The notes beneath the pieces were generated by a model that searched no databases, was not told the origin of the DNA, and saw only the letters and a program-made list of their open reading frames with translations. DNA of 14,115 nucleotides from Meiothermus sp. (GTDB taxonomy: Bacteria; Deinococcota; Deinococci; Deinococcales; Thermaceae): NCBI GenBank assembly GCA_033762915.1, contig JANRLD010000045.1, forward strand, positions 1-14,115. Direction: 5' to 3'. Shown in pieces: positions 1-7,072 of this stretch; position 1 is the stretch's first letter; the number at the start of each line of letters is the position of its first letter. The translations under genes and the position numbers were made by a program.

Positions 1-923
1 CCGTGCTGCTGCGCGAGCCGGTGGCGCTTGAGCACTTCGAGCCCCTCTTGTCCGACTACCGCGTCGTCGCCCGCTCGCCGGGGTCGTCGCGCTGGGAGAT
101 GAGCGGGGCCACGGCGGTGCTGGAGTTCCGGCCCGAGGCCAACGGCCTGGTGGCGCTGGACGTGGTGGCCCATCCCTGGCCCGACGCGATGGGCAACTCG
201 CTAACCGAGGCCGGGCTGTTCTCGGCCTGGAAGGCGGGGGCTTTCGGGCCGTACACGTTTCCAGGCAACCTCGAGCGGGCCCTGGCCCAGGCCTGGACGT
301 GGGACAAGGCCGCCGAGGTGGCCCCCACCCACCAGGGCTTCGTGCGGCTGCGCAGCAGCTACGTCTTCGGGGTGCGGGAGGATGCGCCCCTCCTGCCCAA
401 GAGCTACGACCCCCAGGCCGAGCTGTGGTTCCTCAGCGACCTGGCCCTCAGGCTGGCCGAGCACCCCGCCGCGCTGGCCTACTTCAACCCGGCCGGCGAG
501 GTGCTGATGCGCCGCAAGGCCCTGCGCGAGACCCTGGACGCCTACCGGGGCGAGCGGCTCCCAGCCTTCGCGGCCTGGGCCAACGTGCGCCTGCTGAACT
601 CCGACGAGCGGCCCGACTGGCTGATGATGGACACCGTGGGCAACTGGCAGCTCGACATCCCCGACCACGAGCTGCTTTTCCGCAGGGGCGAGTTCGACCC
701 CTCCGACCTCGAGACCTTCCTGCGCGGGGTCTCGCTGTACGTGCTGGAAAAGGGCACCATCATCAAGAACGGCGATACCATCCAGGGGCCGGGCGGTCTG
801 ATGCTCGAGGCGAGGCGGCTCGAGACCGCCACCTTCGACCCCCCCCGCTCGGTCTTCCGCTGGTCTGTCCAGGGTGCCTCGGGCGTGCCGGACGACCTGA
901 AGGTGAAGCAGCGCGTGCGCTGA
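1..923 (+). CDS. DUF4261-like domain protein, 5'-truncated by the window edge
   Basis: Frame is open from the window start to TGA at 921-923 with GC3-rich codons. The C-terminal MMDTVGNWQLDIPDHELLF...LETFLRGVSLYVLEKGTIIKNGDTI resembles DUF4261 (recognised from memory, not searched). The true start probably lies upstream. Confidence 0.7.
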   Translation, partial: VLLREPVALEHFEPLLSDYRVVARSPGSSRWEMSGATAVLEFRPEANGLVALDVVAHPWPDAMGNSLTEAGLFSAWKAGAFGPYTFPGNLERALAQAWTWDKAAEVAPTHQGFVRLRSSYVFGVREDAPLLPKSYDPQAELWFLSDLALRLAEHPAALAYFNPAGEVLMRRKALRETLDAYRGERLPAFAAWANVRLLNSDERPDWLMMDTVGNWQLDIPDHELLFRRGEFDPSDLETFLRGVSLYVLEKGTIIKNGDTIQGPGGLMLEARRLETATFDPPRSVFRWSVQGASGVPDDLKVKQRVR

Positions 924-931
924 GCACGGGC

Positions 932-1296
932 GCAGGGGAGCACAACCTCATTCAGAGGCGGTCGCTGCGATCACCTGCGAGTTGAAGTGGCAGAAAACCC
1001 AAGCGGACTACCGCGAGGGGCTTTCTGGCGCTTGGCAGTCAGGCCGCGGGGCGGTATGTCCCTATGCTTGAAATGCAACATACCGCCCCGAAACGTTCGG
1101 AGGGGGTTGTCCCAGTTCTTGCACCAGCGTGCAACCGTGTTTGCCTCAGGGCAGGTTTCCAGGGTGGTCAGCGGTTTGGCAAGACCCTGTGCGGCTTAAG
1201 TATCTCCATAGTGGAATTGCAGTATCCGCACTCACCGATAGATCGGGCAATTGCGCCCACAAGCCGCTCGCTGATGAGGCTGTGCTGAAGTCCTGC
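932..1296. repeat. Intergenic repeat-family copy A, with imperfect outer inverted repeats and an internal 13-bp perfect inverted repeat
   Basis: 1084-1104 matches rc(9224-9244) at 18/21, 1199-1220 matches rc(9132-9153) at 16/22, and 1235-1256 matches 4340-4361 at 18/22. Inverted repeats at 1047-1059/1078-1090 and 939-955/1271-1286. Confidence 0.75.
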
Positions 1297-1315
1297 AATC
1301 TCACTATGGCGAAAC

Positions 1316-1813
1316 TTAGTTACGCACCAGCTCGGTTGAATTGGGGTGCGAGGCCAGCCAGCGGGCGCATAGGGTCAGCAGCCCGGCCACGATCAGGGCG
1401 AACAGTACCCCCACCACGTCCAGCGGCTCGGTCGCCCCCACAACCCAGCCCACCGGACTGGGCGCGGGCAGGCCCACCAGCCGCGTACCGAGGTAGATTA
1501 GCTCGAGCATCAGCGCGATACCCGCTGCGGTAAGCACAAAAGGCTTGGCCTGCTCGAAACGCACCCGCCCATCGCCCATGAAGGCCAGCATCACCAGGAA
1601 AAACCCCACCGCCATGAGCAGCGCGATGCCCCATAGCAGGATTTGTGAGTAGAAGAAGGCTTGGGGCTGCTCGAGGAGATACTTCGAGACTACTATCGCG
1701 CCGCACGGCCCCCCGCCCAGCGGTGTCTGCGCCCAGCCCAACAGCTGCAAGGCGAACGGGGCGAACATCGCCCCCACCAGCCAGGTCAATTGCCGGTCCC
1801 GAATCCCCAACAT
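1316..1813 (-). CDS. Hypothetical integral membrane protein (about 4 transmembrane segments)
   Basis: 165-aa ORF with about four long hydrophobic stretches (e.g. ILLWGIALLMAVGFFLVMLAFM; VVGVLFALIVAGLLTLCA). No family recognised. Confidence 0.75.
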   Translation of the reverse strand: MLGIRDRQLTWLVGAMFAPFALQLLGWAQTPLGGGPCGAIVVSKYLLEQPQAFFYSQILLWGIALLMAVGFFLVMLAFMGDGRVRFEQAKPFVLTAAGIALMLELIYLGTRLVGLPAPSPVGWVVGATEPLDVVGVLFALIVAGLLTLCARWLASHPNSTELVRN

Positions 1814-2017
1814 GGGGTTTATGTTGGGGGAACGGAGTGGTTTTTGATAGGGAGAAGTGTCCCCATTTGAGCAGGGCGAGCAGAGAAACGGAGAGGTGCG
1901 AAAAAAAATCCGTCCCCCAGACCGAGCTTGGAAGGGTCAGACCGGGTGAACGCCCTGCGGCGTCCGTTTGGCTAGGCTGCTGTATGACGAAAACACGAGT
2001 TGCCGCCCTAAAAGCGT

Positions 2018-2023
2018 TAGACT
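2018..2023 (+). promoter_or_regulatory. -10 box (TAGACT) of a probable leaderless transcript
   Basis: TAGACT-N6-ATG(2030) with no Shine-Dalgarno sequence. Confidence 0.6.
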
Positions 2024-2029
2024 TTACCC

Positions 2030-3691
2030 ATGCTCGAGACAAAACTGGGCCCCGCCGACCGGGAGTCGGTGCAGTTCAAGGCCAACAAGGACGCCTGGGT
2101 AAGGCGGATCGCCGACTTCAACGGGTCGCTGGCTAAAGTGCGCCAAGGCGGGGGGGCCAAGGCCGTCGAGCGCCAGCACGCCAAGCAGCGGCTGACCGCC
2201 CGCGAGCGCATCGCCGCCCTGATAGACCCCGGCTCGGAGCTCGATGAGATTCTGGGCTACGCGGGCTGGGAGATGTACGGGGAGTGGGGCGGTGCGCCCG
2301 GAGGTGGCACGGTTACGGGCATCGGGCGCATCGCTGGGCGCGACTGGATGATCGTGGCCAACGACGCCACCGTGAAGGCCGGGGCCTTCTTCCCGATCAC
2401 TGCGAAGAAAGTCATCCGGGCCCAGACGATTGCCCTCGAGAACCGCCTCCCCACCGTCTACCTGGTGGACTCGGCGGGGGTCTTCCTGCCCCTGCAAGAC
2501 GAGGTGTTCCCCGATCAGGACGATTTCGGGCGCATCTTCTACCTCAACGCCCGGATGAGCGGCCTGGGGATTCCGCAGATCTCGGCCATCATGGGCAACT
2601 GCGTGGCGGGCGGGGCCTACTTGCCCCTGATGACCGACGCCCTGATCATGACCGAGGGCTCGGGGTTGTACCTGGCGGGGCCGGCGCTGGTCAAGGCGGC
2701 CATCGGTCAGGAGGTCAGCTCAGACGACCTGGGAGGAGCGCGGATGCACGCCGAGGTCTCGGGCACGGTGGACTTCTACGAGCCCGGCGACGCCGCCGCC
2801 ATCGCCCGCATCCGATCCCTGGCCGCGCTCTACGCTGCCCCCGAACTGGCCCCCTGGGCCAGGGAGCGCGTGGCCGAACTCGAGCCGGCCAACCCCCCCG
2901 AAGACCTCTACGGCATCATCTCGCCCGACGGCTCCAAGACCTACGACGTGCGCGAGGCCATCAGCCGCCTGGTGGACGGCTCGGAGTTCGTGGAGTTTAA
3001 GGAGCGCTATGGCGAGACCCTGGTCTGCGGCTACGCGCGCATCGGCGGCTTCCCGGTGGGCATCGTGGCTAACCAGCGCATGGTCATCAAGAAGTCCGGC
3101 AAGATCGAGGTGGGCGGGGTGATCTACGCCGAGGCCGCCGACAAGGCCGCCCGATTCATCCTGGACGTGAACCAGCGCTTCATCCCGCTGATCTTCCTGA
3201 TGGACGTGACCGGCTTCATGGTCGGCAAGGAGTCCGAGCAGAACGGGATCATCCGCCGGGGGGCCAAGCTGGTCAACGCGGTCTCCAACTCGGTGGTGCC
3301 CAAGATCACCCTCATCACCGGTGGCAGCTTCGGGGCGGGCAACTACGCCATGGCGGGCAAGGCCTACGGGCCGCGCTTCATCTACGCCTGGCCCTCGGCC
3401 AAGTACGCGGTGATGAGCGGCAACGCCGCCGCCAAGACGCTGATGGAGATCGAAGTCGGGAAACTCGAGCGCCAGGGCAAGAAGCCCGGTGACGATGATC
3501 TGCTCGAGCTGTACAACCAGATCAAGGACCGCTATGAGGAGACCCTCGACCCCCGCTATGCCGCCGCGAGGCTGTGGGTGGACGAGGTGATCTTCCCGCA
3601 CGAGACTCGGGAACGGCTGATCAGGAGCCTCGAGGTCTGCGCCCTGAACCCGGTGCGCGAGCAGATGAATGTGGGGGTGTTCCAGGTGTAG
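2030..3691 (+). CDS. Acyl-CoA carboxylase carboxyltransferase (beta) subunit, methylcrotonyl-CoA carboxylase-like
   Basis: 553 aa with LTARERIAALID, ANDATVKAG, VDSAGVFLPLQDEVFPD, GNCVAGGAY, DVTGFMVG and GGSFGAGNYAM motifs of the carboxyl_trans family. Confidence 0.93.
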   Translation: MLETKLGPADRESVQFKANKDAWVRRIADFNGSLAKVRQGGGAKAVERQHAKQRLTARERIAALIDPGSELDEILGYAGWEMYGEWGGAPGGGTVTGIGRIAGRDWMIVANDATVKAGAFFPITAKKVIRAQTIALENRLPTVYLVDSAGVFLPLQDEVFPDQDDFGRIFYLNARMSGLGIPQISAIMGNCVAGGAYLPLMTDALIMTEGSGLYLAGPALVKAAIGQEVSSDDLGGARMHAEVSGTVDFYEPGDAAAIARIRSLAALYAAPELAPWARERVAELEPANPPEDLYGIISPDGSKTYDVREAISRLVDGSEFVEFKERYGETLVCGYARIGGFPVGIVANQRMVIKKSGKIEVGGVIYAEAADKAARFILDVNQRFIPLIFLMDVTGFMVGKESEQNGIIRRGAKLVNAVSNSVVPKITLITGGSFGAGNYAMAGKAYGPRFIYAWPSAKYAVMSGNAAAKTLMEIEVGKLERQGKKPGDDDLLELYNQIKDRYEETLDPRYAAARLWVDEVIFPHETRERLIRSLEVCALNPVREQMNVGVFQV

Positions 3692-3707
3692 GCCTCGAAA
3701 GAGGCCT
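3690..3707 (+). terminator. GNRA-tetraloop hairpin at the carboxylase stop codon (possible terminator or 3' stabiliser)
   Basis: AGGCCTC-GAAA-GAGGCCT, a perfect 7-bp stem with no clear U-tract. Confidence 0.5.
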
Positions 3708-3764
3708 CTCGGGGGCTGTGTCCTGAACCGCATAGGAGTGGAAAAACACGGGGCGTTTCTAGTG

Positions 3765-3770
3765 TAGGCT
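3765..3770 (+). promoter_or_regulatory. -10 box (TAGGCT) of a probable leaderless transcript
   Basis: TAGGCT-N6-ATG(3777). Confidence 0.5.
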
Positions 3771-3776
3771 GGGGAG

Positions 3777-4301
3777 ATGACTAGAGAACGGTTGGTCGTC
3801 GAGCCGCCGGGCGGCTTTCAGGCCGAGATCGCGCCGTGGGTCTGGGCACTCGAAGACACCCGCAAGCGCACCCTGGAGACCGTGGTGGGGCTGAGCCAGG
3901 AGCAGTTGGACTGGCAGGCCGAGCGGCCCCACAACAGCATCGGCAGCCTGCTCTACCACCTCGCAGCCATCGAACTGGACTGGCTGTATGTCGAGGTCTT
4001 GCAGCAGGACTATCCGCAGGAGTCCTATGTCTGGTTTCCCCACCAAGTGCGCGAAGAGGGCGGTCGACTGACCCCGGTGGCGGAACCCCTGCAACGCCAC
4101 CTCGAGCGCCTTGCCGCCGTGCGTAGTCTGCTGCTGGAGGCCTTCCGGGGTATGCCCACAGACGACTTCTACCGCCCCCGCAGCCTGCCCTCTTACGACG
4201 TTACCCCCCAGTGGGTGCTCTACCACCTGACCCGCCACGAGGCCGCCCACCAGGGGCAAATCCTGCAAATCAAGGGCATGATGAAGCCCCCCAGCGGTTA
4301 G
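3777..4301 (+). CDS. DinB/YfiT-family putative metal-binding protein
   Basis: 174 aa with NSIGSLLYHLAAIE and WVLYHLTRHEAAHQGQI, giving the DinB-superfamily His triad. Confidence 0.88.
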   Translation: MTRERLVVEPPGGFQAEIAPWVWALEDTRKRTLETVVGLSQEQLDWQAERPHNSIGSLLYHLAAIELDWLYVEVLQQDYPQESYVWFPHQVREEGGRLTPVAEPLQRHLERLAAVRSLLLEAFRGMPTDDFYRPRSLPSYDVTPQWVLYHLTRHEAAHQGQILQIKGMMKPPSG

Positions 4302-4311
4302 ATCCTCCAGG

Positions 4312-4551
4312 GCTGCAGCGCGAGATGCCGCATGCCGCTCCGAAACATCGCGCAATTGCACGGGGGTGCGTACCGGGGCACGTGATCGATGTTTGGGCCT
4401 ATCCCGCAGGCCCACCCTGGCGCACCACAATCGCCCGGCGAAAACCGTTTGTGTTTCCTGTCAGCGCGGCACGGCACCCCCCGGGACCGAATTCTGTTCC
4501 TGCCGCGTTCGCGAGGCTAGCACGGCTGGGACCATCTCGAGAACCGCCGCA
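4312..4551 (+). repeat. Intergenic repeat-family copy C
   Basis: 4322-4348 matches 1070-1096 at 21/27, 4405-4424 matches rc(8965-8984) at 17/20, and 4520-4551 matches 5096-5127 at 27/32. Confidence 0.75.
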
Positions 4552-4606
4552 ACCTGGGCAAACGCACAAAATTCCCCGGAGTTTGCGCTATCCTAGATCC
4601 ATAGCG

Positions 4607-4637
4607 CTTCCCCAAGTTCCCTCTTGCGGGAAGTTTT
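4607..4637 (+). terminator. Intrinsic-terminator-like hairpin, alternatively an operator upstream of the DUF433 gene
   Basis: CTTCCC-CAAG-ttccct-CTTG-c-GGGAAG followed by TTTT. Confidence 0.5.
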
Positions 4638-4645
4638 GCTATTAT
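4637..4645 (+). promoter_or_regulatory. Extended -10 promoter (TGcTATTAT) for the DUF433 gene
   Basis: TGn-TATTAT about 60 nt upstream of ATG 4708. A GGGAGG Shine-Dalgarno lies at 4696-4701. Confidence 0.5.
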
Positions 4646-4707
4646 GCCGCGCCCAGGCGCTCACTTCACTTACCCCACGCCAGACGGGCGCAGCCGGGAG
4701 GCCTGCT

Positions 4708-4962
4708 ATGAAGCTCGACGCGAAGACCCGCACCGAACTCCTCTCCCGCATCAGCTCCAACCCCGCCGTTCTGCGCGGCAGGCCGCGCATCAAGGGAACC
4801 CGAATTGCGGTGCACATGATTTTGGAGGCCGTGGCCAGCCAGGGCAGCCTCGAGGAAATCTTAGTCCAGTGGCCCGAACTCACCCACCTGGACATCAAGG
4901 CCGCGCTCCTCTACGGGGCGCGTTCAACTAATTACGAGTGGATCAACCTGGCAGACGACTAA
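4708..4962 (+). CDS. DUF433-family protein (putative antitoxin, VapB45-like)
   Basis: RISSNPAVLRGRPRIKGTRIAVHMILE...SLEEILVQWPELTHLDIKAALLY is the typical DUF433 signature. Start moved from 4624 to ATG 4708 because of the GGGAGG ribosome-binding site. Confidence 0.88.
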   Translation: MKLDAKTRTELLSRISSNPAVLRGRPRIKGTRIAVHMILEAVASQGSLEEILVQWPELTHLDIKAALLYGARSTNYEWINLADD

Positions 4963-4989
4963 GGGCGGGCCAAGAATCTAAAGCAGAGG

Positions 4990-5127
4990 CCATCGGCAAA
5001 ACCCAAAACCCGGACGCTACCTTTGGCCCTACGTCACACCTTCGGCTTCAGCAGATTTTGGTCCCACTGGGCAAAGGGCAGCGTTTGAGTCGTAGGCACT
5101 GATGGCATCAGCTCGAGAACCGCCGCA
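4990..5127 (+). repeat. Intergenic repeat-family copy D (partial) between the DUF433 and DUF5615 genes
   Basis: 5078-5127 matches 4502-4551 at 37/50 without gaps, including an exact 16-mer CTCGAGAACCGCCGCA. Weaker similarity continues upstream. Confidence 0.7.
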
Positions 5128-5142
5128 CTCCCACCCACTCCC

Positions 5143-5493
5143 ATGCGAATCCTGCTCGACGAGAACATTCCCACTCGAGTCCTCTGGTGGCTTATCAGCC
5201 AGGGGCACGAGGTGACCTCGGTACGCGAGGTCGGGCTCAGTGGCCGCAGCGATCACGCGCTGTACCAGTACATCAACAGCCGAAACTACGTGCTTGTGAC
5301 GCTGGATACCGACTTCTCCGACCCCGTCCGCTTTCCCATCACCTTCCCCCGCATTGTGTTGCGGCCGGGGGTGGTGGACCCAGAGGTCATCGAGATGAAT
5401 CTGCGCGACGTGTTTGAGCACGGCTTCCCGCTGTGGGGCGAGCTGTACGTGGTTCAGCCCGAGGGGATTGCGCGGTACACGGACGGGGACTAA
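5143..5493 (+). CDS. DUF5615-family PIN-like protein (putative toxin, VapC45-like)
   Basis: MRILLDENIP...GHEVTSVREVGLSGRSDHALY...VLVTLDTDF is the typical DUF5615 pattern. It lies downstream of DUF433, its usual partner. Confidence 0.88.
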   Translation: MRILLDENIPTRVLWWLISQGHEVTSVREVGLSGRSDHALYQYINSRNYVLVTLDTDFSDPVRFPITFPRIVLRPGVVDPEVIEMNLRDVFEHGFPLWGELYVVQPEGIARYTDGD

Positions 5494-5584
5494 GAGCGGT
5501 TCCCACGATAAGTTACCCCTGGACGGGTTGGGTTCAGCGATTCGATGCGACGAACCCGGGGAGCGCCGCCCTCAGCCCAGTCCG

Positions 5585-6814
5585 CTATGCGCGCTTGAAC
5601 AGCAAGGTGGCGTTCATGCCGCCGAAGGCGAAGGAGTTGGAGAGGGCGTAGTCGACCTGACGCTCCTTGGCGACCAGCGGAACGTAGTCGAGGTCGAGCT
5701 CGGGGTCGGGGTCGGTGAGGTTGATGGTGGGGGGGAGCAGGCCAGACTGTAGGGCTTGGACGGTGGCGATGGCCTCGATGGCCCCCGCCGCGCCCAGCAG
5801 ATGACCGATCATGCTCTTGGTGCTCGAGACCGACAGCCGGTAGGCGTGGTCGCCGAAGACCTTCTTGATGGCGTTGGTCTCGGCCCTGTCGCCCACCGGG
5901 GTGGAGGTGCCGTGGGCATTGATGTACCCGACCTGCTCGGGGCTGATCTTGGCATCCCGGAGGGCGGCCCGCATGGCCAGGGCGGCCCCCAGCCCTTCGG
6001 GGTGGGGCTCGGTGATGTGGTGGGCGTCGGCGCTGCGCCCGAAACCGACCAGCTCGGCGTAGATGGTGGCCCCGCGGGCCTTGGCCCGCTCATACTCCTC
6101 TAGCACCACCACCGCCGCGCCTTCGGAGAGCACGAAGCCGTCGCGGCTGGCGCTGAAGGGGCGGCTGGCGGCCTGGGGGTCGTCGTTGCGGGCCGAGAGG
6201 GCCCGCATCACCCCGAAGCTGCCCACCGCCATCGGCAGCACCACCGCCTCGGTTCCGCCCGCCACCATCACATCGGCCTCGTCGAGCTGGATGATCCGCG
6301 CAGCGCTCCCGATGGCGTCCGAGCCGGTCGAGCAGGCCGTCACCACCGTGGAGGCTGGGCCCATGAAGCCGTACCTCATGGCCAACTGCCCTGAGGCCAT
6401 GTTGGCGATCATCATCGGGATGAACAGCGGCGAAAGGCGCTGGGCTCCCTTCTCCAGCATCACCTTGCTCTGCTCGGTCCAGATCTCCATCCCGCCGATA
6501 CCGGTCCCTATCAGGGTGCCGATGCGGGTGCGGTCCTCGTTTTCTACGTTCAGGCCCGAGTCCTGGACGGCCAGGTGACCGGCCACCAGGGCGAGCTGGG
6601 CGAAGCGGTCCAGGCGGCGCATCTCGCGTTTGTCGAGATACTCCTCGATGTTGACGTCCACCTCGCCCGCGATCTGCGAGTACAGTTGCGAGGCGTCGAA
6701 GCGGGTGATGCGGCGGACGCCCGACTTTCCCTCGAGCTGGGCCTTGTGGAACGCCTCCTTGCCAATCCCGTTGGGGGCAACGGGGCCAAGTCCGGTGATG
6801 ACAACACGGCGCAT
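5585..6814 (-). CDS. fabF: 3-oxoacyl-ACP synthase II
   Basis: MRRVVITGLG, catalytic TACSTG, NAHGTST, STKSMIGHLLGAAG and SNSFAFGG motifs; 409 aa. Confidence 0.96.
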   Translation of the reverse strand: MRRVVITGLGPVAPNGIGKEAFHKAQLEGKSGVRRITRFDASQLYSQIAGEVDVNIEEYLDKREMRRLDRFAQLALVAGHLAVQDSGLNVENEDRTRIGTLIGTGIGGMEIWTEQSKVMLEKGAQRLSPLFIPMMIANMASGQLAMRYGFMGPASTVVTACSTGSDAIGSAARIIQLDEADVMVAGGTEAVVLPMAVGSFGVMRALSARNDDPQAASRPFSASRDGFVLSEGAAVVVLEEYERAKARGATIYAELVGFGRSADAHHITEPHPEGLGAALAMRAALRDAKISPEQVGYINAHGTSTPVGDRAETNAIKKVFGDHAYRLSVSSTKSMIGHLLGAAGAIEAIATVQALQSGLLPPTINLTDPDPELDLDYVPLVAKERQVDYALSNSFAFGGMNATLLFKRA

Positions 6815-6822
6815 ACCCCGCG

Positions 6823-6828
6823 ATTATA
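6823..6828 (-). promoter_or_regulatory. -10 box TATAAT of fabF (leaderless or near-leaderless)
   Basis: Minus strand TATAAT-N8-ATG(6814) with no Shine-Dalgarno sequence. Confidence 0.65.
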
Positions 6829-7072
6829 AACCACCCACTTGTGGTCTTTTTCCCAAGACGGTTAATCCCCTCGAGCCGGAAAAGGACTAGAATGGCCAGA
6901 AGCAAATCCGGGGGTTTGCCACTAGCCGTCGTGCCCGCGCTTAACGATTACCCCGTCCGGACGATGCCCCAGTGAACTCGGCCAGCCCCCCGAAGCCCGG
7001 CCCTGACCCCGCCGCGCACCCGGCGCCCTCTCATTCTCACCGCCCAGCTCAACCGTCCTTGCGTCTCCCCCT

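Noticed and set aside
2435..2447. 13-bp match CTCGAGAACCGCC to the repeat 16-mer inside the carboxylase gene
   Set aside because: It encodes the conserved LENRL peptide, the flanks do not match, and CTCGAG is abundant, so chance is likely.
2720..3733. Long antisense or alternate-frame ORFs (e.g. 2720-3733, 8060-8860, 6090-6905, 9624-10322, 11405-12028, 12524-13144)
   Set aside because: Shadow ORFs of well-supported genes, as expected in high-GC DNA.
3777..4301. DNA polymerase IV (dinB)
   Set aside because: This is the small DinB/YfiT four-helix family, unrelated to Y-family polymerases, so no gene symbol was assigned.
4624..4707. TTG start at 4624 for the DUF433 gene
   Set aside because: ATG 4708 has a GGGAGG ribosome-binding site and gives a typical DUF433 length.
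4211..4711. ORFs over the repeat spacers (4211-4711, 987-1199, 1064-1288, 8722-9213, 9026-9292) as genes
   Set aside because: No recognisable domains or start signals, atypical composition, and indels between copies break the frame. Kept only as a possible decayed-coding hypothesis.
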